The notes under the pieces were generated by a model. The model did not search any database, was not told where the DNA came from, and worked only from the letters and a program-made list of their open reading frames with translations. Positions 1-11,944 of a stretch of DNA of 64,000 nucleotides are shown in pieces (position 1 is the first letter of the stretch; the number at the start of each line of letters is the position of its first letter). Source of the stretch: Basidiobolus meristosporus CBS 931.73 (taxonomy: Eukaryota > Fungi > Basidiobolomycota); contig MCFE01000302.1 of NCBI GenBank assembly GCA_002104905.1, forward strand, positions 35,403 to 99,402. Reading direction: 5' to 3'. The position numbers and the translations under genes are program-made.

Positions 1-628
1 CTCGCGGTCTGTATTCTTCCTCCTGAAGCTCACCATCTGATTCCTCAAGGTATTCACTTACCCTCTGTCTGATACTTTGGAGCTGTTGCCTGGATGAGTC
101 CTGTGTATATTGCTCTTGGAAGCCACTTAGCTCTACTAATATATCACGTAGTACATTAGTCATTTGAGGCAAAAACTCATTCAAAATCTCTTTGGTTCCC
201 AAAGTTGAGGCACGAACGGATGCGTCCGGCCTGTACTGTGCAAATTGCGCGCGAAATTGTTCCCGCGTGGCTTCCTCGTCAAATCCCCTCACTCTCAGCT
301 CATTCTTGATTTCAATACTTGTCTTGTTATATATCTTTTTACATACATCGGCTGGCATCTTGATGTAGAACTCATGCCACAGCTTTCTACTCATATTCTT
401 CCATCTTTGTCAACTCTCTGAGGTATCTAGTTCTGCTAGATTAATCAGTAGTGCCCAAATATCTGTATGAAGGCTCATCATAGACACTTGGGCCATACTA
501 AAATCATTTGGCAAGAACTCGAAAGGATCCAACATCGACTTTTCTGGTCCGGACCGCGCTTGTGAGCTGGGGGATGGGTTTTGTCTGGGTTGTACTAAAG
601 ATGAGTTGAGACTTGGTATGGGGACCAT
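1..628 (-). pseudogene. Second ORF of the PHIS element (orphan protein), divergent from the transposase; one in-frame TGA
   Basis: From ATG 628 the frame reads MVPIPSLN...DTSES*QRWKNMSRKLWHEFY...EEEYRPR and stays open to the window edge apart from the TGA at 410-412. The same frame is present in copy 2. Confidence 0.6.
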
Positions 629-987
629 AGCAACGGATTTGGATACTTATACAGCAGTATATTGGCATCAACCTGGTCTTATATGAAATATATATGAAAA
701 CTAAAGTGATTGTTGAATTTTCCATATATTATGCATGATGCATCTCGGATGGCGTTGACATGGATCAGATCACATCAATCGCAGATTTCCTATTTGATTA
801 TAGACCTATGATTAAAGCATCAATAAAAGTACCAATGCATTGTTTGCGGATGATTTTTGCGACATAATGATGGGATACATGGCAATTGATGGAGATTTAA
901 CCATAATGTGTTAAAAATCAGATAAATAACGCAGATCACGCCAAATCAATTCAAACCGCCTCCATACAATCATCCATCAATTTTAAT

Positions 988-1872
988 ATGACTTACTCAT
1001 CTGAATGGTCTTTTCTCATCAATCCCATCACTACCACTGGATTTCCTTTTGACACACTGGAGGAGATCTATTCCAAGTACTGTGGACCATCAACCCCAAT
1101 TTACTCAAGGAGATCCCTTGTTAAGCTTCTCTGCTATTACAAGAACTATTGCCCTACAAGGTTTCATCCCACCATCCATGGCAACAAAAGTCCTAGAAGC
1201 TTTCATTCCCAGCTGACAGCAATGGAGAACCACCTTGCAGAGGGTATGAATGACTTAGAGCAAGCTTGGAATACTAGGTTCAGAAGCTCCAATAGACTTC
1301 CATATCCCAGAGTGTTCAGCAACAGGTTCCATATCAGGAGTATTTTGGATACCTTCCCAGTGAGGATTAACAGACCTTCTAGAGGGCAGAGGCACTTTTA
1401 TTCTGGCAAGTACAAGGCACACTGTGTGAAGTTTCAAGCACTGTCTGACATTGAGGGTAACATCATCTGGTTTAGTGGGCCATTTGCTGGAAGTAGGCAT
1501 GACAAAGCACTCTGGGTAGAGAATCATCCTGAATTCAGTAGAGGGGAGAAATGTATGGCAGACTTGGCCTATATAGGAGAGGATTGTCAGAGATTAGGAT
1601 GTATTACAGCTTATAGGAAGCCAAGAAATTGTGTGCTTAGCAGGAAGCAGAAGCTCTACAATGAGATATTTAATCATTTCAGAGTAAGGGTAGAGCACAC
1701 ATTTGGATATCTGAAGAGATTCAGCATATTGGCAGGTAAATACAGAGGAAAGTCATATATAGGAGAAAACAGCAGAATAGGTAAAATAGTTAAGATACTT
1801 ATCAATACACAGTATGTTCATACAAGAAGACATCCACTGAGAGAAATGTGTCTGGAGCATTATGAAGAGTAA
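988..1872 (+). CDS. IS5/PIF-Harbinger-like (DDE_Tnp_4) transposase, 294 aa, intact
   Basis: Motifs ILDTFPVRINRP (D1), FYSGKYKAHCVKFQAL, GPFAGSRHD, MADLAYIG (D2), YNEIFNHFRVRVEHTFGYLKRF (E). Confidence 0.92.
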   Translation: MTYSSEWSFLINPITTTGFPFDTLEEIYSKYCGPSTPIYSRRSLVKLLCYYKNYCPTRFHPTIHGNKSPRSFHSQLTAMENHLAEGMNDLEQAWNTRFRSSNRLPYPRVFSNRFHIRSILDTFPVRINRPSRGQRHFYSGKYKAHCVKFQALSDIEGNIIWFSGPFAGSRHDKALWVENHPEFSRGEKCMADLAYIGEDCQRLGCITAYRKPRNCVLSRKQKLYNEIFNHFRVRVEHTFGYLKRFSILAGKYRGKSYIGENSRIGKIVKILINTQYVHTRRHPLREMCLEHYEE

Positions 1873-2058
1873 ATAAAGCAAGGAAAGCACTATTCTGAGC
1901 AACATAAGTAAGATTGAGTAAAATTACCAGTAACTGTATCATACCACTGGCATCATGGTAGAAATTATAGTGCCAGATAGTGCCGTAGAGTGCCAGATTG
2001 ATCCGGCACTATAAACCGGCTGGCACTATGTGGCACTATCCAACGGAACAAGTCTAAT

Positions 2059-3450
2059 ATATTCCTTTGCCCTGCTGGATTCTAGTCCCCCTTATAGGTG
2101 CATTCTGGCTCTTGTTTGTGTGAGCTCAGCAATGGATGGTGAGGAAGCTGACTTGTGACCAAGAGAAACCTGGCATACTTTGGTAAAGATATACTATTAA
2201 AAATTGTGTGCTTGTTGTGCCCAAGTCACTTTGCATTAGGCAACTTATTACACACACATTGAGGCTGCTTAGCTTCTCAATGCAAAAATTCTGTCCTTGC
2301 ATTTGTATTGCTGGATATGTATATGAATGTTGATGGGGCCTATGAGAAATACACTGGGTAGCAGATACTCTGTAATATCTGGCCAATTCATTCAAATCTT
2401 GCTGGTATCTTGAAGGACTCAATTAGCCTGAAATATCTCAGGTACAACTAGGTGATCAATATAGGGATATTGTTGAAAAGCAGATGTATTACTCCCAGAG
2501 GAAAGCTCTTGCTCCAAAAGATACCATCTTTCCAAAGTTTCTCCAGTTTCTAATTAACTCAATATTCTGCCCAATTGCTTATAGCTTGCCAACTTTGCTG
2601 CAATTGCATGCTTACTTTAGTATGTTCTCTATGTGGGAAGCTGATGCTTATAGTGTTGGTGTTTGTATAATAATAATGAGTGTGAATTATAGAGTAAATC
2701 CCTGGGATCTCACACATTTGACAGCAATACTATCCATTGTGCCCAGAAAAGCTGGCTATCTTGCCAATGGACAGGGTATCTCCAATGCCAATAATAATAT
2801 GCACTTTGATATGATGGCTATTTACTGTTATCCTGCTGGAAAGCCTACAAAATTCATCCAACAGTGGATACAGGTAGCTATCCAGGTTAGACAGTGATAT
2901 GGGCCCAGATACCGGTGAGACTACTATCAGATTTCTGCTCTGATACCATAAGACAGGTGGTAGATTAAGGTTGATGAGAGTCAGCAGCTGGCACAATTTG
3001 CTGGCAGAGTAATTGTTCACTCAGAATCCATCAAGTACCTAGGCAAAGGTATGGTCATACATGCCTTTATAGTAGCCCTTGCATCTTAGTTGTTTGTGGT
3101 GATTGCCATCAAACATATCAAAATGTTTGTGCTTCATTTATGCTGAGTGCAGTACTTCATAGTTTAAAAATATTTGTTGAACTGCATAAGCTTCTCTAGA
3201 TGGGGTATTACTGGAATATATCTGGAGTGTGAGCAATATATTCCTTCAATTATGGTTGATTCCTGACAAGTTGTGCACCTTGCAACTATGGCATTTCCTG
3301 ATGTCAATGCCATGCAACTGTTGACACTTGCTTGTATCAGAATGGTGTCTGGGTCATATGTTGCCAGCTGCATGATGGTTTCCATTTGTACCACATACAT
3401 GGTAAGTAACATTCTGGAGTGATTTTAGCAAGAAGCAGGAGTAAATTCTC
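2059..3450 (-). pseudogene. Decayed CACTA/EnSpm-like transposase (Transposase_21-type), internally deleted
   Basis: Fragments read LINLNLPPVLWY..VSGP..YLYPLLDE..IGDTLSIGKIASFSGHNG and RCTTCQES..HSRYIPVIPHL. Reverse complement of the copies at 26.7-28.5 kb and 61-62 kb. Confidence 0.8.
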
Positions 3451-4562
3451 AAAGCCCCATTACTGATATTAGTGCACATACACAACTTCTCTAGCCACAA
3501 CATTACATCATTCACCAGTAGATGGATTACTGGGCTCACTTGGCTCCATAAAGTATTCTTGGCATTTTTTTCACAGGTATTGTCTCATTGCAAATTGGGA
3601 TTTTGCTAGGCTTATATAGTGTAATGTTGTTGGGGGAGATAGGCTCACAATCCATCAATGAGCCTTATTCTTCAGAGCTATTGCTCTGTGTGCTATATTC
3701 AGAAGGCTATGGTGAGCCTTAAGGCATCACAAACTCACCTGACTCAGTTTGCACAAGGTCATAAATACAGCTAGGTACCTTTATGGAAGTATCAAGTGGC
3801 TGGCAAGATATTGCTGGTACAGTAGTGACTGATGAATGATTAAATATGACTTGTGTTGCAAAACACTGGTTTTGATCCATGTGATACTACCTATGCTGTC
3901 TGCATACTGCATGGCCAAGAAGCTTGTCACAATAGCCACATGGTCTTTTTTCTCTTCTCTGAAGATGTCGGGTCAAAGTGGTCTTCACCCTGGGGCAAAC
4001 AGGCTTAAACTCAACAAAACAATAGACTTGTTCCATATACCATGCCTGAGCATGCGCCACAATCCATGGTTGCAAAGAACAATTGGGTGCAATATTGCAG
4101 CTATCAGTAGGCAGGATTGCTCTTGGAAAATATTACACCATGTGGGACAATCTCTCACACTATGGCACAATCTGACACAATCAGATTGTCATAGATGATT
4201 GCACCAACTTGTAATGTTTGCATCACAAGCACAACTGGATACCACTATTGTGGTAGGTAAAATCCAGTATATGGATATGTTTCTTCAATGTAAATGGAAA
4301 TAAATGTGTATCACACTATAAACCACACTGATACTTACCATTTTGGTTACCAATACTCCAATTGGATGGTATGTCAATGGTTGATTGGTCTAAAAGTATC
4401 CTGAAGCTGCCAGCCCCCAATTGGCTCAATGGCCAATACACAAGCCACCTGATTTGCTGTCAAATATCCCATTTTGCCCATTGAGCAAGTGAATCCCTGA
4501 TCATAGTTATTGGACAAGGTGTTGTAGCAAGCACATAACCAATTGTGTAGGTGCAAATCAGA

Positions 4563-5567
4563 TCAAGTAGTTGCACTGGCATTACAGATGATGTATACAT
4601 ATGCATGGTGTTTATTATATGGGCTCTGTCTCAAATATGAGACCACATTGATATTACTTATAACAAAAATTGGCATAGCCCTTGTTTGAGCTTGATGTAA
4701 TGTTACATATTGACACAACTTGACCTGCTCAAACAAACTTGTGTCTAAATGAGCAGTTTGGTGAGCTCTGGTAGTTTTGCTCTGAAGCACACACATTGAT
4801 CTGAGGCACATTGACTTAATGCAGGGTGCTCTTGTGAAGGGTGTTGGCATAGATTGGACTGATCTGCACCTGTGCACCAACATTGGAAGGGATGGTAAGG
4901 AATCCAGCAAGGCATGCTGGTGCAGTCTAGACACAATTGCTTGTGGTCTGTGTTCTTCCTCTTGAAGCTCACCTTCTGATTCCTCAAGGTATTCACTTAC
5001 CCTCTGTTTGATGCTGTGGAACTGTTGCCTTCATGAGTCCTGCTTATATTGCTCTTGAAAACCACTTAGCTCTACTAATAGACTGTATAATACATTAGTC
5101 ATTTAAGGAGAAGACTCATCCAAAATCTCTTTGGCTCCCAAAGTCAAGGCACAAACAGACACATCAGGCCTGTACTGTGCAAATTGCATGTAGAGTTACT
5201 GGTATACAGCTTCCTCATTGAATCTCCTCACTCTGGGCTCATTTTTGATTTCAATACTTGTCTTGTTATATATCTTCTTACATACTTCTGCTGCCATCTG
5301 GATGTAGAACTCATACCACAGCTTTCTACTCATATTTGTTGATATCTGTCAACCCTCTTAGGTATCCTGTTGTTCTAGATTAATGAGTACTGCCCAAATA
5401 TCTGTATGAAGACTCATTAAAGACACTCAGGCCATACTGAAATCATTTGGCAAGAACCCAAATAGATCCAACATCAACTTTTCTGGTCCAGAGTGTGCTT
5501 GGGAGCTGGGGGATGGGTTTTGTCTGGGTTGTACTAAAGATGAGCTAAGCCTTGGTATAGGGACCAT
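4563..5567 (-). pseudogene. Second ORF of PHIS copy 2, degenerate; gives the C-terminus missing from copy 1
   Basis: Colinear with 1-628. The frame continues EEEHRPQAIVSRLHQHALLDSLP... to a stop at 4563. Confidence 0.55.
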
Positions 5568-5925
5568 AGTAATGGATTTGAATACACATGCAGTAGTGTG
5601 CTGATATAAACCTGGTCTTATATGAAATATATATGAAAACTAATGCAATTGATGAATTATCCTTATATTATGCATGATACATCTTGGATTGCATTGATAC
5701 AGATCAGATCACATCAATTGCAGATTTCAAATTTGATTATAGGCACGCAAATAAATCATCAATAGAATCACCAAGTCATTATTTGAGGATGATTTTTGCA
5801 ACATAATGACGGGATACATGGCAATTGATGGTGACTTAATCATAATGCATGGAAAAGCAGATAAATTAAGATGATTGTGCCAAAGTGATTCAAATCACCT
5901 CTATTTGATCATGTACCAATTTTGA

Positions 5926-6522
5926 TGTAACTTACTTATTGGAATGGTCTTTTCTCATCAATCTCATCACTTCCACTGGATTTCCTTTTGACTCATTGAA
6001 GGAGGTCTATACCAGGTACTGTGGACCATCTACCCCAATCTGCTTGAGGAGATCCTTTGTTAAGCTTCTCTTCTATCACAAAAGCTATTGCCCTACAAGG
6101 TCTCATCCCACCATTCATGGTAAGAATTTCCTAGGAGCTTTCACTCCCAGTTGACAGCAATGAATAACCACCTTGTGGAGAGTATGAGCAAATTAGAGCA
6201 AGCTTGGAATATTAAGTTCAGAAGCTCTAATAGACTTCCATATTGCAGAGTGTTCAGCAACAGGTTCCATATGAGGGTATTTTGGATACCTCCCCAGTCA
6301 GGATTAACAGACCTTCCAGAGGGCAGAAACACTTTTATTCTGGAAAATACAAGGCACACTGTGTGAAGTTTCAAACACTGTTGGACATTAGCATAGCATC
6401 ATCTGGTTTAGTAGGCCACTTGCTGGAAGTAGGCACAACAAAGCACTCTGGGCAGAGAATCATTCCAAATTCAGTAGAGGGGAGAAGTGTATGGCAGACT
6501 TAGCTTAAGTAGGAGAGGATTG
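5926..6522 (+). pseudogene. PHIS transposase of copy 2, 5' part (3' part at ~11950-12233), frameshifted
   Basis: ORF fragments 5939-6503 match 988-1872. The sequence resumes after the copia element at the homologous position (gaggattg|tcag). Confidence 0.88.
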
Positions 6523-6871
6523 TGTTGTAAGAGTCTTGGAGATATTGGAAGTGATTGGGAGAACAAGTAGATTATGTGGTTTTCACTTAATGATTTATTG
6601 AATGTAAAAGTAGTATTTATACTTTTACCTGGTCTTGACATTACAAACACGTAGAATAGGTTAAGGAAGGTCCCAAGAACATGTGTGCAAAGTTTGGGGC
6701 TGTTTGGAAAACTTTGAGAATTTTCATGTTCTGGGTACCTGGTATTTTAGTGAAAATATTCCAAGTAAATCCCAACAAGGGATTTGGTCAGTATTCTCTA
6801 GGATTTGAAGGTGATGATCTAAGTGACTAAGTTAGATGAATATTTAAGTGGAAATACAAATTTTTACAACA
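6523..6871 (-). repeat. Copia 3' LTR
   Basis: TGTTGTAAGAG...TTTTACAACA; direct repeat of 11596-11944. Confidence 0.95.
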
Positions 6872-6882
6872 CTCCCACTCAG

Positions 6883-9800
6883 CTAAATGTTCATACTGAC
6901 TAGTCCTAATTTTGACCTAAGATATTCAAACTTGTCTCTAGCTAATGGTTTGGTAAATAAGTCTGCAAGCATTTCATCTGTAGGACAGTAAACTAAGCTA
7001 ACTAAGTTATTCTCTATAGCTTCTTGTATGAAATGATGTCTAATATCTATGTGCTTGGTTCTAGCATGAAAAGTTGGATTTCTACCTAATTGTATACATC
7101 CTTGATTATCTTGAAATAAAGTAATAGACATTTTTTGACATAGGCCTTAATCTGTAAAGAGCTTTCTTAACCACATTGCTTCTTTTGTAGCTTCACAGGC
7201 TGCCATATACTCTGCCTCTTTAGTAGAAAGTGCTACGGTTGGTTGCTTTCTTGAATTCCATGAAATGGCTCCTTTACAGTAAAGAAAGGTGTATCCTGTG
7301 GTGGATCTTCTGTCTTCCAAATTTTGTCCCCAATCAGCATCAGAGTATCCCACAAGATCCTGTTCTGAATCCTTATAAGTGTATCTTAAGCAGATATTAG
7401 CAGTTCCTTTTAGGTGTCTAAAAATCCGCTTAACTGCTGCAATATGATCAGATCCATAGTTCTGATTATGTTGGCTGACAACTCCCACTGAATATGAGAT
7501 ATCTGGACGTGTTCCAAGCATGATATACATCAGACTGCCGACCATAGATTGATAAGGAAAGTCAGGGCTTTCAGATGGCACCAAGCTCTCTTGATTTGGT
7601 TGAGTTTTGACCAAGTCAAGGTTTGTCTCCATTGGGGTAGCTGCCGGTTTACAGTCTTCCATTTTGTACTTCTTTAGTATATCTTGAATATACTTGGATT
7701 GGCTTAGGGTAATAGTCTGGGTACTTCTGTCTATGGAGAACTTAATCCCTAAGTAGTAACTAGACTTGTTCCATTGGATAGTGCCACATTGAGCCATGAG
7801 TGCCAAATAGTGCCATTGCATGCCAGAGAGGCATAGCAGACCTAAATTTGGCCCCAGAGTGTGAAACATAGCTCTTCATCTTCATGCAAAGCAACCCCTG
7901 CGTTTCACCCATTATGATGGAGAAAATCCATTTTTTGATCTTTTTTTTTTGGATCAGTGTTGTGCAGGATGTGTAAGAGGACAGAAGGACTGAAGACATG
8001 CATCTGGTACTCAATACCCATGGCACTCTGAATCTAGCTTCTGTAGCTTGCATCATGTCACAAAAATGAATGGCACTATCTTGGTCCACTGGTACTATCT
8101 GGCACTATATTTAAATATTAGCCCTAAAGTAAGACCTATACAAAGCACTTATAGTGCCATATAGTACCAGTGGACCAAGATAGTGCCATTCATTTTTGTG
8201 ACATGATACAAGCTACAGGAGCTAGATTCAGAGTGCCATGGGTATTGAGTACCATATGCATGTCTTCAGTCCTTCTGTTCTCTTACACATCCTGCACAAC
8301 ACTGATCCAAAAAAAAAAGATCCAAAAATGGATTTTCTCTAACACAATGGGTGAAAGGCAGGGGCTGCTTTGCATGAAGTTGAAGAGCTATGTTTCACAC
8401 TCTGTGGCCAAGTTTAGGCTCACTTGGCCTCCCTGGCATGCTATGGCATCATTTGGCACTCATGGTTCAATGTGGTACTATCCAACGGAACAAGTCTACT
8501 AAGTTCTCCTAGATTGGACATCTTGAACTCCTTGGATAGGCTGGATTTAGTTTCTTCCAATGTTTCAAGGTTAATGGCGGCTATAATAAGATCATCCACA
8601 TATAGAGCTAATAGAACTGGATTTGCTCTATCTGGCTTATAGTATATACCATAGTCAGCATTACTTCTTTTGAAACTCAAAGATTCCAAATAAGAATCTA
8701 TCTTGCAATTCCAGGCTCTTGGTGATTGTTTGAGACCATATAGTGACTTTTTAAGCTTGCAGACCAAATGGGGGTTTTCTTGGTCAACAAACCCATCAGA
8801 CTGGTCCATATACACCTCCTTGTCAAGTTCTCCATTCAAAAATGCAGTTTTTACATCCATTTGATGAATAAAAAACTTATATTTGGCTGCAATAGCCAAT
8901 ATTAATCTGATGGAATTAAACTTGGCTACCGGTGCAAAGGTCTCAGTATAGTCAAGTCCTTTTGTTTGAGAGTATCCTTTGGATACAAGTCTTGCTTTGT
9001 ATCTTTCAATTGTACCATCAGCCTTGTATTTTGTCTTGAAGACCCATCTGCATCCAATTGATTTTTGGTTGATTGGTAATTTGACTTAGTCCCAAGTTTG
9101 ATTTTCCATCAGGGCCTGATATTCCTCAGTCATTGCAGATCTCCAAAACTTTGTCTGAGGGCTATTTAGGGCCTCTTTTACAGTCTGGGGTTCATCAATA
9201 TAGACTGAATAGGCATAGGCTAAGTTTGTACCCTCATTGATATAGTAATTTGGGCTATTTCTTGTCTGATTTGATCTCTGGGCATTTGATACTGGAATGA
9301 TAACTTCTGGGATATTCCTGGGCACTGATTCTGGCTGAACCATGGTTGTAGAGTCCTCTGGAGTGAAAAAATTTTCATTGTTTTGCTCTGATTCAATCCT
9401 GACAATTGGTGGACTTGAGATCTAATTTTTGTCATCATCTGATGTCATTTTTTGTGAAATTTTTGAATTTTCATCAAACAACACATCCCTGGACTTGATC
9501 AGCTTCTTTGCTTTGGTATTGTAGAGTCTGTATGCCCTACTCTCACTACAGTAGCCCAAAAATATGCATTTTACACTTTTTGGCTCAAATTTTGACTGAT
9601 TTCCGGCCAGTTTTTTGGCATATGCTGTGTACCCAAATATTCTTAGATGTTCTGCACTTGGTCTGTATCCATACCATGCTTCAAATGGAGTAGAATCACA
9701 AAGTATTCTGTTATAACTCCTATTTTTCAGGTATTCAGCAGTGGCAACTGATTCCTCCCAAAAATCATAGGATAATTTTTGATCATGGATCATAGATCTT

Positions 9801-10762
9801 GCCATATCAGTTATTGATCTGTTAGCTTGTTCTGCTACTCCATTTTGCTGTGGGGAGTATGGTACAGTAGTCTCTTGCTTTATCCCATGAACTTTGCAGA
9901 AGTGGATGAAGAGTTTTGAGGTATATTCTCCACCATTGTCAGAGTGTATTTTCTTGATTTTTTCACCAGTTTCTCTCTCCACCATGGCTTTAAACTCCCT
10001 GAACTTAGACAGAGCTTCTTCCTTTCTCTCCATGAAGTAGACCCATGTGTATCTTGTATAATCATCAATAAAAGTGATTAAATACTTCATCCCGCCTAAG
10101 GATGAATTTTGCATAGGTCCACACAGATCTGAGTGAATTGGAACTAATTTTTTCTTAGTTTTGATTAACCCAGAGCTCTTGAACAATTGTCTGGCTTGTT
10201 TCCCATATATGCAGGCTTCACAGTGCTCCAAACTAGCTGGGGGATCAATTTTCACTGCAGAAATTAGCTGATCTTTGATCATTTTACGCAGATAATCAAA
10301 ATTGATGTGCCCAAATCTCCTGTGCCAAAGCATTGGTGTTTCTTCATTTAAGTTACTTATATTGGCTTCCAAATATGATGGAATATAAGTCAACTTGTAT
10401 AGATTTTGATCTCTGATGCCCAAAGCAATATGGGCACCATTTTGATCAGTGATCCTGCATCCAGAATTGTCAAAACTGAAACTGAGTCCTTCTGCTGTGG
10501 CCTTGCTTACAGAGAGTAGGTTCTTGGCTATTTCTGGTACATAGAGTACTTCTTTAAAGGTCAGTGTATGGCTTCCTTCACTGCTTCTAAGGTTTACTTG
10601 GATAGTTCCTTCTCCCACTGCATCAAGTGTTCTATTGTCACCCATGAAAACCTTCTTAATTGGAATTTCTTGATATTGGGTAAAAAGTTCTTTTTGGTGT
10701 GTAAAGTGTTGAGATGCTCCAGAATCAATATACCACGTCTGAGAATCCTTGTTTGTGGTCAT
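6883..10762 (-). pseudogene. pol: Copia Pol (protease, integrase, RT, RNase H), fragmented by stops, frameshifts and a MITE
   Basis: WYIDSGASQH; HSDLCGP..FIDD..HSDNGGEY..NGVAE; HQMDVKTAFLNG, LKKSLYGLKQSPR, LYVDD; YSDADWG; DNQGCI..RTKHIDIRHH. Confidence 0.92.
7762..8497. mobile_element. 736-bp foldback MITE of the PHIS family, inserted in the copia RT
   Basis: TIR AGACTTGTTCC/GGAACAAGTCT, perfect TSD ACT. Removing it restores RT GEL-SYYLGIK. About 345-bp inverted arms. Confidence 0.93.
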
Positions 10763-10852
10763 ATTTAGTGCAGATATGAATAGTCTATCTTCAGTTGTTG
10801 CAGCATTTCCATATTCAGGCTTCTTTTCCTGATTATCTTTCTTTTTGAGACA

Positions 10853-11521
10853 TCAGTCTGATGTGTGTCCTTTCCTTTTGCAGTAGTTACAAAACAGGTT
10901 GCTGTTGCCTTTGTAGGGTCTTGGGTACCTCCTGTGTTGGTTATCATTGCTTATTAAAGCATTTTCTTCTTCCTTCTTATTTGCGCTTGATTTTCTTAAT
11001 TCTTCATCCAGGAGCCTTCCATATACATAATTTAAGGTCAAATCTTCAGTTCTGGACTCTAGGGCTGATACAAGGCCCTGAAACTTGTCTTTCAGGCTAT
11101 TAAGGATGGTAACTATCACATCCTCATCAGTAGTTGGTACACCCACAGATTCCATCTCATCTACCAGCAGGGTAATTCTGTTAATTAGATTTTTCATTTC
11201 TTCTCCTAGCAGCATCTTTGTAGTAAAGAATTTTTGTCTCAGATACATTTTCTTGGCAGCTGAACATGACTGGTAGGTGTCTTCTAATGCTTTCCAGGCA
11301 TTCTTTGCCGTTTTTGCTCTTGAGCATTGAATTAGCAATTTGTCCTTGACATTAAGGCAAATGCAGTTAAAGGCACTTTGTTCTTTCTTCTGGTACTTCA
11401 AGGCTTCCTCTCCCACGTTTTTTGGAGGGCATTCTTCCCCCATTACAATATCCCAAAGGCCTCTTTCTTGTAGCAGCATCTTCATCTTCACCTTCCACAC
11501 TTGGTAGTTAGATCCATCCAC
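10853..11521 (-). pseudogene. gag: Copia Gag (UBN2-type) with truncated CCHC knuckle
   Basis: YQVWKVKMKMLLQERGLWDIV; KKMYLRQKF; CNYCKRKGH. Confidence 0.88.
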
Positions 11522-11583
11522 TTTTCAGCAGAGGGAAAATTCCAGTAATAGCAGTAGTAGACATTGCAGAGAGTGACAGCTTG

Positions 11584-11595
11584 GGGCTCATAACC
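11584..11595 (-). promoter_or_regulatory. Primer-binding site GGTTATGAGCCC (complementary to the initiator tRNA-Met anticodon arm)
   Basis: Immediately internal to the 5' LTR; exact complement of GGGCUCAUAACC of fungal-type tRNAi-Met. Confidence 0.8.
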
Positions 11596-11944
11596 TGTTG
11601 TAAGAGTCTTGGAGATATTGGAAGTGATTGGGAGAACAAGTAGATTATGTGGTTTTCACTTAATGATTTATTGAATGTAAAAGTAGTATTTATACTTTTA
11701 CCTGGTCTTGGCATTACAAGCACATAGAATAGATTAAGGAAGGTCCCAAGAACATGTGTGCAAGGTTTGGGGCTGTTTGGACAACTTTGAGAATTTTCAT
11801 GTTCTGGGTACCTGGTATTTTGGTGAAAATATTCTAAGTAAATCCCAACAAGGAATTTGGTCAGTATTCTCTAGGATTTGAAGGTGATGATCTAAGTGAC
11901 TAAGTCAGATGAATATTTAGGTGGAAATACAAATTTTTACAACA
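11596..11944 (-). repeat. Copia 5' LTR
   Basis: Direct repeat of 6523-6871; abuts the PBS. Confidence 0.95.

Larger units (their letters stand above)
1..2055 (+). mobile_element. PHIS-superfamily (Pangu-like) DNA transposon, copy 1; 5' end lies outside the window
   Basis: Carries an intact DDE_Tnp_4-type transposase. Ends in GGAACAAGTCT (2045-2055) followed by AAT, with a subterminal cluster of GTGCCA/TGGCAC motifs. Colinear with 4943-6522 plus 11945-12396. Confidence 0.9.
6523..11944 (-). mobile_element. Full-length Ty1/copia LTR retrotransposon, inactivated
   Basis: Two 349-bp LTRs (TG..CA, ~11 differences by eye), perfect 5-bp TSD GATTG, order gag-PR-IN-RT-RH, PPT at 6872-6883, PBS at 11584-11595. 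Confidence 0.95.

Noticed and set aside
4745-4996. Cys-rich ORF suggesting a zinc finger
   Set aside because: An alternative frame of the PHIS second ORF; the long open frame in copy 1 corresponds to 4563-4934.
7760-8502. Two near-identical ORFs (7760-8089 minus, 8170-8502 plus)
   Set aside because: A by-product of the MITE's inverted arms; no coding evidence.
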